Source: Sphyrna mokarran (lineage: Eukaryota). Taken from it: DNA of 64,000 bases. Numbering within the stretch: the stretch's first letter is position 1; each line of letters opens with the position of its first letter. The translations under genes were made by a program, and so were the position numbers. Location of the stretch: assembly GCA_024679065.1 (NCBI GenBank), contig JAGIQG010000012.1:55118001-55182000 (forward strand). Direction: 5' to 3'. Below the pieces are notes generated by a model. It worked only from the letters and a program-made list of their open reading frames with translations. It searched no databases and was not told the DNA's origin. Positions 12,622 through 25,620 of this stretch are shown piece by piece.

Positions 12622-14289
12622 TTATTAACTAGGACAAAACACCACTGCCTGTCTCCATACAAACACAAAGCCTGCATGATTTAATGCTGAATCAAAACAC
12701 CCACAATGAAGATGTAGCTGCATAATAAAGCTACCAATCTTGTTTATATCAAAACATAATTATGCTTTTGGACAACTACTCAGCAGCCAAACTGCATCAT
12801 AAATTGTTACCAGAATGAATAATATAAAAGGAATGCTTTTTAATTTTCAAAACTGGCAATCTTTCCAGCTCCACATAAAATCAAGCAGCACTGCTTTGAC
12901 AGGCAAATGTTGGAGATTAATTATCTATAGGGATTACAATACAGTTGCTGAGATTTCAATTGGCCACTAATACTTCACTGTCAGCATTGCATTCATTAAG
13001 GCACAAACGGGCAAAAATTGAAATGAATCTTTTAGATAGACCTCCAATTGAACCTGAAGACCCCATGAGCACCCAAGGTACAGGCTTAGCAGAGAGCTTT
13101 GCTTCAGTAATTTTGCAAAGAATTGATTATCTGTTATGCTGCATTGAGATATCTACACTATTGATCACGGAGATTAAGGTACTCAGGCATCTTTTATTTT
13201 CTCATAGAAAGACATGCTATACTTGCAACAAATAACACTAAGTAAGGACTAGTTTGTTATTGTTGTCACTCTTCATGTAGAACACAGCAGTTACTTTTTA
13301 ATTTAAAATCAATGACAGTCTGAAAGGCAGCCTTGTTCCATCAGCATAAATGAACCATTTATCTTTCCAAGGAGTACCAGTTTGATCATCAGACAAGGTG
13401 AGAGTAAAACATAGATGTTTTAATAACAAGAAATACTTCACATGCATCAAGAATTATCACTTGTGTGAATGTGTTTTCCTTGTTTTCAAAGAAATGCCAA
13501 TATAATGTACTTGTAAACTGGATGGAGAGATGTGAAATATTTTTCACACTTTTTTATACATACATACTTCAAATGTTATTTATTTTAAATCAGCAGCATT
13601 ATGTTTTTCGTTCACTCAACCTAGATCTGAAAAATACAAACTAAATGAAAATTTCACTTATGTTAATTGAAGGCACCTTGTTTTTTTTCAAATATTTACT
13701 TTATATACTTTATATTTAGCATCAACCTATAGAAGGTCTGGGCATCAATACTTAAAGTATGTAATTTCAATAACAACTAAAACATCAGAATATGTCTGGC
13801 TTAAAACTTATGTTTCATCTAATATGCACATTGAGAGGAAGGGACAGTGAGTTTTAAAAGATGGTGATTATTTTTAAGAATAATTTAAGATCATTTTTAT
13901 CAAGAAATCTATATATATCATTGGAAAATATTAGACTTTCAGGATATCATTTTTACTTAGCTAGTTTGAAAGTTCATTTTACTAAAAACTTGCAATTTTA
14001 TAGCCTAATATATAATGATAATAGTTTGGAAGTACTGAACTGAATTATATAAGATACTGCATTCCTTGAACCTCCTGCCTCAGATTAATTGGCTGGAAAT
14101 AAAGCAGAGGTAGGATTTCTGCCCTCCCTCCTCCACCTCCCCCCAACCCGAACAAGAAGTCCTGTATTAGAGCTGTCAGGCAACCAGAGTTCAGCAGCTC
14201 TTCAGGACTTTGGATATGCAGTGCTGGATCATTTGAGGATCTGACTTGGTGCCATGCAGGTCCTGGTAAAGTGGGGAATGGGCCTCTGA

Positions 14290-14449
14290 CTACCTAACGT
14301 GCACACTTTTAGACTGTGAGAGAAAACCAGAGCACTCAAGGAAATCCATACAAACATTGGGAGACAGTACAAACTCCACACAGTCATCCAAGGCCGGAAT
14401 TGAACCTGGGTTCCTGGCGCTGTGCTAATCACTGTGCCACCATGCCGCC
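14290..14449 (-). mobile_element. HE1/V-SINE (tRNA-derived), partial
   Basis: Reverse of 'ggcggcatggtggcacagtgattagcac...gggttcaattccggccttggatgactgtgtggagtttg', with Pol III A/B boxes. Confidence 0.85.
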
Positions 14450-14989
14450 AAGTGTCAACCCACTTCATCAGTTTGTCTATATCCTCTTAAAGTATGTTAC
14501 TACCATTCCCACTATCTATTACACTTCAAGTTTCTTGTTAGGTGCAAATTCTGCAATTATGCAATGTACAACCATTCACCACTACTCTCAATCGTTTATC
14601 TAATTTCATATCCACACTGACACAACTCTGCCTATTTAATTTTACAGGCTTTAACTTTGCTCAAGTCTAACAAGCAGGTTTCCCTTTCTCTTAACTTTAG
14701 GATCCTCTGCTCAATATTCCGGAGACAATACACCCTAGGAAGCTGAATAATGTTACAACAGAATCTGTATTGTTCAGCTCACAAGAAAACATCAAATAAC
14801 AATAGGCCACTCTGTTCTTTAAATCATTTCTTTCTGTAGGCCATTTATTCCATCCGCTCTTCGAGGGAGTTAATCTAATAACTTAACAGGAAGTATTTCA
14901 GTTTATTACATGGGAGAATTAGAATACGCTAACTATAAACAACATTCTCCTCTTATTTGGGTAATATAAAAAATGGTGTACAAAACAAA

Positions 14990-16900
14990 GGCTGGAATTT
15001 TCCATTCTGGAGACTAAGTGGGGTGGCGGTGAAAAAGTTGGCATGATTCCCACTGGGCGGCAGGCTGGATTTTTCCATATCTTCTGCTTTTTAGCTCAAT
15101 AATTAGCAATAGTGAGAAACTCATTGATTTGTCCAATCTGCAGTTTTCTTACTTAAAAGGCACCCACACAGACATTCACTCACTGCTGGCCAGGTATTCT
15201 TGTGCTAAGTAACACAATGACTCCGAAAAGAAACCAGCCCTCTGAGTTTGAACAACGGTTTAGCCAGGCCATCCTGAGATTTTCAGCCAAGCTATACAGA
15301 AAAGACGGGAAGTCCACTTTACATGGATGGGAGGAGGTTGTCTGCACATCTGACCACATCGTCCTGGGAGGAGGTCACCAGGGAGATTAATGCCTGTGGC
15401 TAACAAAAAAAAGTCTGCAGAAAAAAGACAAATGATCTGTCACCAACTAATCAAACAGTTAGAATCCACAGAGATGTCAAGAATGACAAGCAGATGGGAC
15501 GTCAGCTCTACATGATTGCCTGCCATTTGAAGAATCCTATCTCATGTTAGATGCTGTAGAAATAATACCTTCAATCTTTACTGGGGACTGCTCAACACAT
15601 GCAGGAAGCATGCATGCTTCCAAATGGCTCTTTCATTCGTAATAGTCAATTAATCCATCTGTCTCTATGCAGAATGAGGCAATAACTGTCCATAATGGGC
15701 ATGAGAGGGCCAAGAATCCAAGGAGATACACTATAGCTGGGGGTATTTGCACCCCATGAGCAGCAGGCCGCAGAGATGGCGGGTGAGGGTAGGAATCATT
15801 TCCATGAGAAAGAGGAGATTGATTTCCCCCAACAAGCCTGTAAAGGTTCTGCCTAGCATATATCGACAACATGACAATGATTAAGAGTGATCTATAGTGT
15901 AATTATCTATTTTCTTTATCCCAGACACCAGCAAAAAAATGTGGAGGAAGAACTTCAGCAAGTGCTCAACCTGAACCCCCAAATCAGCTCAGATGAGAAA
16001 ATGAACAATCTATCTTCTGAAGATCTGTCACTAAGTTCACTTGCGTCCTCTAGCAGAGCAGATACGAGCACCTCGATGGATCCTATACATAAGTTTGGGT
16101 TACAATCTGGTGGTCACCTTAAGATACGTGTCCACAGCAGGCAGAGGCAGATTCAAATGAGGGCTCAGATACTTGTGAGGACTGCTGGAAACCAGGCCTC
16201 TTCAAATTTCAAGCCCAATGGTTAATCTCTTCAATTAGCATTGGCAGAAAAGTTATTCAAAAGAGATTCAGAAAACATCAGTCAGGACTTTCAGATGCTG
16301 TTACTAAACTGAAACGAAGCATGTGGAGGAGTCCGTTCACTTTTGGGTTGATGTCATGGCTCTGGCAAGCAAGTGAACTGAAGTGTCCATGTGAAGTGTA
16401 GAGGCTGCTTGGAGATCCAGATCTACCAGAACACAAAATTTCTGCTGGATTTGTGTTCCAAACACTCCAACACTGTTGTCATGGGTGTGTTTCAGTAGTG
16501 GTTAGGTGAGAGGGGAATGGGGTACCTTAGCCTCCTTTCAGACACTTCTCCTTTTCAAAAAATTAAGGAAGGATCCTCAGCCATCTGAAAGGAGGAGCAG
16601 CACCTTCTGGGGGCATCCACCCAGGAGTCTCCAAGTGTGTCCAGCCACTTCAAATTCTCTCTGTCTGTGACCCTATCAACTCCAGCAGGTTACACCAACA
16701 AGGGTGCACCTGCCCCTGAACAGGGGATCCTGAGCAGACCAGGGCCCTTCAGGGCTTGGACCTCCAAAGGACACTTGCCAAAGACACCTTGGATAATGGG
16801 GCTGCTTCCATCTTTGCTGTGGATGTTGGATCTGCACTTTGATATAACAATAAAGATTGGCAAAATTAAGACGCTTCTTTGAATGTACAATTGTAGTGGG
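14990..16900 (+). mobile_element. Harbinger/PHIS-type DNA transposon relic carrying a Myb/SANT-like gene
   Basis: Terminus 'ggctggaattttcc'. Degenerate translations SWEEVTREINACG (about 15362), CRKKTNDL (about 15416) and VHNGHERAK (about 15688) are typical of Harbinger Myb/SANT proteins. The right boundary is uncertain. Confidence 0.65.
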
Positions 16901-17304
16901 GGTATTCATTTATTGTACATAATCAGCACTATTGTATATATTTATTTCATATTTATCCCTCTTCAAGAGTCAGAATGGCTAATTGATAATTCATTCATGG
17001 GAACACCCAATTTTCTCTCACCTTGTCCCTCAATTCATTGAGGTCTCATTCAATCTTTTCACATTCAATCACCTTTAATTCCACATCAGCAACATGCACA
17101 AGTCACTTCCTATATGACAATAATGATTGGACAATACATATGTACCCTTGCGTCTGAGGATCACATTGTGTGACCTCATGAGAATTATTCTTGGGGGGTT
17201 TGTGGTTATTCTGATGCTGCTGCATTGATGGCATCATCACAACAGATGCAACAGAGATTGAGAAAGAGTGAGAATGGAAAATAGTCCTTACAGGGTCAAG
17301 CAAG

Positions 17305-18330
17305 TGTAGTCAGGATTGCTGTGGGAGTCAGAGGGATTATAGTGGATATTGGCTGATAGTCTATTCACAAAAGTAGAAATAAGAATGTTGAGCAGACGGA
17401 ATGGAAAAGTTGGAGATTGACCATGTGAAGGTAAGGAAAGGGTGTAAATTGGAAGCAAAGTTGATGAAATTTTCCAGTTCAGGTTGATAGTAGGAAACTA
17501 CACTGGTAGTGCCATCAATGTATCAGAAAAAGAGGTGAGAGAGGGAGCTTGAGTAGGAATGGAATAAAGAACGTTCCTCTTGACTGACAAAAAAGCATAG
17601 TCAGGGACCATTAGAGTTCTCAGGGTAATACCTTTGAGTTGGAGGAATGGAATGGTGTCAAAAGAGAAGTTGATTAACTTGAGAGTAAATTCATCCAGGC
17701 AAAAGAACGATTGAGATTGGGCAAGCCTTTGTTCATGGAAGAAATGGAGAATTCTCACATTGTCTTGGTGGGGGAAAGCAATGTATAGAGAGAGAAGGTT
17801 CATGGTGAGAAGAAGATGGTTAGCATAGGAAACTAAACTGTTAACAGTGGCAGAGGGTGTTGGAAGTATTATGGATATAGCTGGGATAAGACTGGGCAAG
17901 GGAAAGATAAAAGAGGCAAGGTAGGATAAATTAGTCCTTTGGGGCAAGAGAAGACTGAAATGGTAGCCTTCTCTATTTTGTAGTCTATTTTGCAAAGCCT
18001 GGGAAAGAGATGGAAATCTTCAGCGTATGGCTGATGAATGATGAAGTTGGAAAGAAAGTCTCCAGAGGAGTTGAGGTCACTGGCAGGCTGGGAAACAATG
18101 GTTTGATGTCCAGTGGCTCAAACCACTGAGCTGAGCATGACCCAAGCATGAGGCGTCAGGGAGTTGGCATTGAGCCTACACAAGTGGTTTGTAATAAAAC
18201 AGCATGCCATCCTTATCAACAGGTTTAATGACAGTGTTTGGGTTTGCCCTAAGAGAATGATGTGCTGCAAATTCAGAGGGAGATAGGTGAGAGTAAGTGA
18301 TAATAGAAAAATCGAGACAGCAGATGTCAT
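17305..18330 (-). mobile_element. Penelope-like element, RT fragment
   Basis: ORF 17498-17995, LLTMNLLSLYIAFPHQDNVRILHFF...NFSFDTIPFLQLKGITLRTLMVPDYA, is a decayed PLE RT (MDVQSLYTSIPH...QIKGVAMGTRMGPSYA). Confidence 0.85.
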
Positions 18331-20804
18331 GCCAGCAATTCTCAGTAAAAAAAATCTAAAGAGGCCAGAGAAACTGGTCCAGGCAGAATGAGACTTATGA
18401 AAAAGGCGGCATCATTCCCAAGACTATGCTACTTTACCAGCAAAATTAACTGATGGCAATTGTTGTGGGTGGAAAAAAAGGAATTTCACTTACTAGCTAA
18501 AACAATGTTATTATTCACGATCATTACACTTTCTCAGTGAATTAGGAATTCTTAGCTCCATTTAAAAGACTGATTGAATAACTCACTGGGGATCTTAGCA
18601 AAAATAATTGTAGCCATGTGGAAATAAAATCATATCAAGGACAAGTATTAATTACCTTTATTATACTTGCTGCATTTTCCTAAGTATTTTTTAAAAATGC
18701 ATTTCTCGAAGATGCATTTGATTTTTGACGGAATGCAAACTATCAGATAATAGAACAAATCTTGGTAGAGAAATGGAAAATATTGCCTTAAATTTGCACT
18801 AGTGTAATGAATTCTTCCATCTTTATAGCTTACTGTTTTGAAAGAGATGAACCTGATAATATTTTACAGAGTACACAAATTACTTTTTGACATTTTGAAC
18901 AGTCTGGTGGCATATCTTTGAAACAGTGGAAACTCAAAGGGATTTGAAGCTATTTTCAGCTCATAACCCAACATTATAACAAAACTGAATATTAAGTACA
19001 GAATGTGACATTAAAGTAGAGAAGCAAGCTACTCAAGGAATTGCACTAGGGTAAGAAATAGTGAGATATTAGATGGAGTCAGAAGGAATGCAAAAAAGAT
19101 GCAAATTAGATTTACAGGCATGTTTGTGAACGCATGGAGCATGGTTGGTGAGCTGAAAATAAAGTTAACATAGTGGGAACAAGTAGCTAGATTTTACATT
19201 TACCAGCCAGGGGTTTGAATGTGGGAAACTCGCAAAATCCAGCATGTGGTCTTCCCGCCAAACAGTATGAAATTGTGTAGAGGGTGTAGGATAGTCATGA
19301 GACAGCCTGCCAGTTCTTGGGCCTAAGGACCTTACCCAACCCACAATGATATTTTACCTGCAGGATGGAAAGGCTCATGCCATGTGAGATGCCCAGCAAC
19401 TTCAGCTGTGTGAACTGGTGTTGGGCAAATGAGGGAAAGACCTCCTTTGTGGCTTCTCTGGCTCAAGGGGAGGCACCTTCTTCCAAAATCACACCTAACC
19501 CTTCCCATTGCCTTCTCAGACCAGCCTCCCCTCCTCTCATTCAAGCATGTCAGCTTGATCCTGGCGATTCCATGGACTTAAAAGATTCTGGGCTCCTCTT
19601 TGTCACAAAAATTGCAATCTCTTAAGGCAGGTCTCCCTCCTGGAATAGACGCTGAAGTCTCATAACAATTAATGCTGCCTCCAGTGTTAAAGTGATACAT
19701 GCCAGCCTCACGATTGTGGGGAGATTTGCCACCAAGATTTGAGCTGGGTGGGGACCACAGCATCCTGTAAAACCTGACTCAAGTTGTTGTGGCAATAATG
19801 GAGATCTGATTCAAAAAAAGGCAGGACTGGGGCTAAAATATTTCTGGATACAAAGGGCTGGATTTTTCTCTGGGGGTTGGCAACTCGGCTCTTTTGCATG
19901 TGGTAATTTGCTGAGTCTTGGCAAGTGAAGACGAAGATCTCTCCTACAGTCCTAGGAGGAATGGAAGGATCAGAGGAACTGGTAAACCCACATAACTTTT
20001 ACACAATTCGGTGATTAGTCTTAGAATAGGACTTGCAGAAACATGGGAACATTTGCATATCTCAGGCTAGGTTAAGTTGGGAACAGTAAATGGTAGAAAA
20101 ACATCACAAAAGAATAAACAGAAAAATAATTTATAAAATTGGGTAATCTAAACTTAAATCAATAAGTGTCCAGGGTGATTGTGAAAGTGAATATGGAGTT
20201 TGAAAACTCCGTTGCAATAGCAGCTGACATCCAGACATTATGGATGGAATGCATGCCTTAATTGATTAAGTGCATCTGAGACTGTGTACTGTTTGAGTTT
20301 TATTCCAAAAATACACACAATTGGCCAAAAGCCATTTCTGCAATAAAGTTTTATATTATTTTAGTGTTCTAAGACATTTCACTTCTCTTAACAAAATTAT
20401 TTTGGATCTGGGCATTTTGATTTCCTTGAGCAGAATAGTCCTCAATCCCTCGCTGCTACTTTTATTAAATAACATTTTTATTGTAGACTAGTCTTTGATT
20501 TTGGCTACACACTCAGATAAGTATTGGAAATTAGGTTACACATAGAATTCAGTTCCAGGAGTTACTTTTCTTAATAAATCCAGATACAATCTATAATGTA
20601 AAAGATTTAAGCTCTAGAAATTAAACTTTGCTATGCCTGTTTCATGCCCACGAATTGGATGCAACGAGGGCCAATTTTAAGTCAAAATTACTTTTTCTGT
20701 GAAACTAAGTGTTAAATATGTGTCAGATCATTTAGATGTCCATGAGTGGCTGAATATCTCTTCTGTGAAACTGAACATTGTTTTTAAAAATTCATGATAT
20801 TTAT

Positions 20805-21655
20805 ATGTCAACGCCATCTTTTATTAACTATCCCTAAAGGGTGGCACTGTGCCACATTGGTTAGCACTGCTGCTTCACAGTGCCAGGGACACGGGTTCGA
20901 TTCCTGGTTTGGATGACTGACTATGTGGAGTCTGCACATCTTCCCTATGTCTGCTTGGTTTTTCTCCAGGTGCTCTGGTTTCCTCCTACAGTCCGAAAGG
21001 TTAAATTGCCCCTCGATCTAACCAAACGGGTGCCGGAGCGTGATGACTAGGTGATTTTCACAGCAACTTCACTGCAGTGTTAATGAAAGACTACTTGTGA
21101 CACTGATAAATAAACTAATTGCCCTTGAGACTGAGGTGGTGAATTGCCTTCTTGAACTGCTGCAGGCCCTCTGGTTAAGGTATTCACACACTGACATTTT
21201 CATAGTCATTTGGTATAATGCTAAACCACTTCAAAAGGCAGTTAACAGTCAATCACATCACTGGTCTGGAGTCATGTATAGGCCAGACCAGACTGAGGAA
21301 ACAGACTTCCTTCCCATATAAAAAATTAGTGAACCAGATGAGTTTTCACAGTAATTGATTAATTACATGGTCACTATTATTGAGACAAGTTCTCTATTCA
21401 GATTTATTTAACTGAATTTAAATTCCTATATGGGTTATCATTATTGAGACCAGCACTATATTCCAAATGTATTTAATTAAGAGAATTTTAATTCCTACAT
21501 GGTCAACATTTTTGATATCAGCTTTATATTTCAGATTTGTTTAATTAATTATATTTAAATCCCTTTGTTACCATAGTGAAATCTGAACTCGTGTCTCTAA
21601 ATTATTAGACCAGGCTTTCGATTGCTCTTCCAATGACCATTACGCCACTGCACCT
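20805..21655 (-). mobile_element. tRNA-headed SINE / LINE-deletion derivative, interrupted by a V-SINE
   Basis: Tail 'atccctaa|ttgcccttgagactgaggtggtg' and body homologous (antisense) to 58665-59040 and 38130-39355. Confidence 0.75.
20839..21114 (+). mobile_element. HE1/V-SINE with an atypical 3' tail
   Basis: Head 'gggtggcactgtgccacattggttagcactgctgcttcacagtgccagggacacgggttcgattcc' plus V-domain. Flanked by 'ctaa' at 20834-20837 and 21115-21118. Confidence 0.9.
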
Positions 21656-22284
21656 AAGAGTGGTGCAGAAATCAGGCCTCCTCTGCACTGAATTCTTCAG
21701 TGGTGGTTACAGTTTAAGCATCACTTTTCAGAAAATGAAAAATAAGTCCTCAGTATTCTGGTCCCCACCAATCCACATGGGCTTACCTTTGGACTGTCCC
21801 TTGTGAACACAGTGGGCTGCTCTTTATCTTAAAATGGGTGAGTTAGTGCAGTAGATATCAGCAGCTCACCCAGATAATATTACAAAGCCCTGGGCTTCAA
21901 CTTCACACTGGCTTTGAGCATCTTGGTTCAAGCATTCCACTCCACTGGCCTGCATTTCACTAATTATATTCCCAAAGATAAGCCATAACCAATTTCTGAT
22001 TATGCTCAAGTGCATTTCAGAAAGGCTCTTTCAGAAATGAAGAAAAACTGACCTTTGGCTAAAGTCATGTTTGCACATAATATTTAAAGTTTAAAACTTG
22101 ATGTGCACTGGGAGCTTATCGTTCAATAATGACTGCTGTGAAATTTCAAGATTTGTAGCAGGTGAAACAGGTAGGGATCGAGAAATATCCAAATGAGTAA
22201 ATTTTGAGTGAAGAATGTTTAGTAAGATGTCTGAGAATTGTCATCTAGAATTGTTTAATCTTTTGTTCTCGTGAGCTGCATAAA

Positions 22285-22440
22285 ATCGTAGGAAATAGGA
22301 TCGGAGTTGGCCACTCAGCCTCCTCTGCCTTTCAATAAGATCATAGCTGATTTAAATGTGGCTTTAAAAACACTTTTTTGCTTGTCCTCCATAACCCTTG
22401 ACTACTCTGTCAATTAAAAATGTTTAATTTAGTCTTGAAT
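22285..22440 (-). mobile_element. CR1 3' tail fragment
   Basis: 'aggaaataggatcggagttggccactcagcc...ttcaataagatcatagctgat'. Confidence 0.7.
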
Positions 22441-22910
22441 TGTTGCACACCATGGACTTTTCAAAACAATGTGTATAGTTTAAATTTATGTTCGAATTAA
22501 TCTGCATACATCTTGAGTTATTGTGACTCACAGATCTTTTAAGTTTAGATTTAGGATTTTTCCACCAATGAGAAAAAGTGCTAAAAGCAAAAGTTTCCAA
22601 ACCTCAAGCTTCGCAAATTCAAACAGGGCAAATCAACAAACAAAAACTATAAGCACCACTGGGACAGAGATACTCAGGTTTTGAGTGTCCAATTTTTAGT
22701 ACTTAGGGCAGATTGTTGATCAGAGAAGCTCACTTCTCTGACAGGCAATAGAAATTCTTCCAGGTGATAAGAAGCAGAGGAAACTCTTCAGAGCAGTGTG
22801 TGTCTCAAATCCCCAAGAAGGACAGCCTAAGCAGAATGGAAAGCATTTCTTCCAGTGTGAATATCATCTCTGCATTACTGTGCACATGGAAGTGTAGGAA
22901 AAGATTCAAT

Positions 22911-23034
22911 GGCCGGAGCTCTACCACTTCACCCGTCCTAGAATCGGTGTGGGTGAGGGTCCGACAACAGAAATCTCTGTTGACTTTGGGCAGAAGTTCC
23001 TGGTCTCACCCGAGCAAGATCATAAAATCCTGCC
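22911..23034. mobile_element. ~125-bp MITE with AAT target-site duplication
   Basis: aat|GGCCGGAGCTCTACC...ATAAAATCCTGCC|aat. Homologous to 36450-36575 and, in reverse, to 52053-52179. Confidence 0.7.
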
Positions 23035-24639
23035 AATGACTTTCCAAGTCAGTCACGGTATGAGACTTGAGACTTCATATGTTCCTTACATTAACTGATG
23101 TATAGTCAGCATGTATGGCATTTAACATTATTTATCCTATGCACAATCTTATCATAAATATTAACAAAGCAGCAGCTTCCATTATAATCCAAAAAATCAT
23201 TTTAGATACATAGAGCCCCAAAAATATCTTGCATCTTTATGTTGTCTGACCACTCCTCCCTGTCCCTATGGTCTGCCTACTATGTAAATTGATACTTGAA
23301 TAAGAATTGTGAGAAAGAAACTCTCAAAGCTGTTGGAAGAGAGGCTAAACTTCGTTTAGTTTACTTTACAAATATCCAGCATCTGAGTTGTCACTGGAGA
23401 GAATCCAGCAGAGGCTTGAGTACATTTTTGCTGCTTCTCATCCTATTTTGTCATTTACCATCAGAAAACATACACTGATGCCTTTTACCATACCATTCAA
23501 TGGAATCTTCCATTATTAACTTCAATGGTGGAAGCAGAAGTCCGAGTGTTTCCACTGCAGTATGGGATAGCTGACCATGTGTAATCTTACACTGATCAGC
23601 TCATTACTTATGCATCTCAATAGAGCATGGATGGCTATCTCTGCTTTCATGCAACTGAAAAGATGCTGTTCATGTCAAATGCTCAAAGGCAGTCAGAGGT
23701 TCTATACTGATACTCATTTCATTGCAATAAACTTTGAGACATAAGCTTTACTGATCTTATTAATGTTAATAGGTGCCACTACACAAGTATGTGACCATGG
23801 TAACTGAATGTCCTGTAGATAGAGCATGGCTACTATGATCACAAGTTATGGTATTTTGTTTTAGGTTGCTAACAAAATCAGACACTCCCCTGCCAACCAA
23901 GTCCAGTATCTAGCCTGTGCAGATGCTGGAAACCTGCAGAAAGTGAAGCCAGCAGTAGCAATATTGTTCCAACAGATCTATCACAGAACGGCTATCTCAT
24001 TCCTAGGTATTTCTACTGATATGCATTATCAGGTCACCTGGAGCACTGCTGTTACTACTGTAGTACATATATTAAACGTACATATATTAAGCACCATGTT
24101 AATGTTTAAAGGACATGCCTCCAACTTTGTCACTGAGGAATGTACCATGTTGGAAAACATTGGCAAACACAAAAATAATATGTGGAGATTTTAAAATTAA
24201 TCGTACAACAGTTGCTTGTGGAGTGCAAGTTCCTGCAAAGGTTTACGACAGGGTTTCATCAGGTGCTATGAAAAGTATATTGGTGAATTGGGTTGAAAAT
24301 AGAAAGAATTGTTGATGAAGGTGTACAGAAAGAATGAAACATATATAGAATCTGTTAGGATCACTTTACAGCCCAATCACAAAATCCTGCTGCTTAAAAC
24401 TGCTCTCTCTCTCCTGGATCTTGGCAGACTAACCTTATCTGTGAATGTCCAGGGTTATCTTTGGCACTTCCTCTTTGAAGTCTATATCCATAGCAACTTG
24501 GATTACATGGGCCTTGCATCCAGGTGTAAATGCTGGTTAGTTATTCCCAACACTTCAACTCTCTCTTGTCTTGGAAGTGAATGGAAAGTTCAAAGCACAG
24601 CTGTTCAACATTCTCAAATGCTTTTTTGGAACTTTGGAG

Positions 24640-25620
24640 ACTCTCTATCTCGGCTGGTTGTTCCCTGTCAGCATTCCACAAGGATGGTTCCCTCCAAGAC
24701 ACCCTGATCCATTCCTCCATCATAGCCAACATCTTATCTTTCCTGTCGGCATCTTCCCTTGCAATTGTAGGTGCAACACCTGCCCCTTCATCTTCTACCT
24801 GCTCAACATCCCAGGGCCCAAACACTCTTTTCAAGTCAAGCAGCTTCATTGCATCTTTTTTAATCTGGTCTATCGTATTCACTGCTGCCGATGATATCTA
24901 GTCTCCATCAGAGAGACTAAATGCAAACCGGTGACCACTTTGTAGAACACCTTTGGTCTTTCTGCAAGCAAAACTCAAACCTTCCTGTTGCTCGCTATTT
25001 CAGCACACCACCCTGCTCTCCTGTCCACATGTCCATCCTTGGCCTTTTGCAATGTTCCAGTGAAGGCTAATGTAAACTGGGGGAACAGAACGTCATCTTT
25101 CAATTAAACACTTTATAGCCTTCTGGACTGAACATGTTTCAACAACTACAGATCATGAACTCTCTCCTCCATCTCCATTTATCTTATTTCATTTATTCTT
25201 TCATCTTATTCATCCATTATTATTACTTTATATTCTTATTTTTAACTTCCAAAATCACGCTTTCCATCTTATTTCCCACCTGCTCCCATACTCCACTCGG
25301 GCTGTTGCATTCCTACCTTCTGCATCTTTATTCTGCCATTTACACATTATTATTTCTTAATGTTCGCTCTTAGCACCATTCTCAGTCTTTATCATCACCA
25401 TTTACATTCCCTTTGTCTTTCTGAATGTGCCATCCCGATCAATTACAGCTCCCCCCAACCCCTGACAATATAAATCTTGTCCGATTTCCCTTGTCTTCAG
25501 CTCTGAAGTTCATTCTGACTCAAAATGTTGGCTCTAATCTCTCTCCACAGATGCTGTCAGATTTGCTAAAATTTTCCAGCATTTTCTGTTCTTGTTTCAG
25601 ATTTCAGCATCCGCAATGGT
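24640..25620 (+). mobile_element. Penelope-like element: GIY-YIG endonuclease region and terminal repeat
   Basis: IFPCNCRCNTCPF...GPKHSFQVKQ..C..FNLVYRIHC is followed by a decayed GETK..GDHFVEHL. The terminal motif is 'ctctccacagatgctgtcag...ttccagcattttctg'. Confidence 0.88.

Noticed and set aside
15604-15621. 18-bp palindrome GGAAGCATGCATGCTTCC
   Set aside because: It is built on a low-complexity GCAT repeat inside a transposon relic, with no sign of function.
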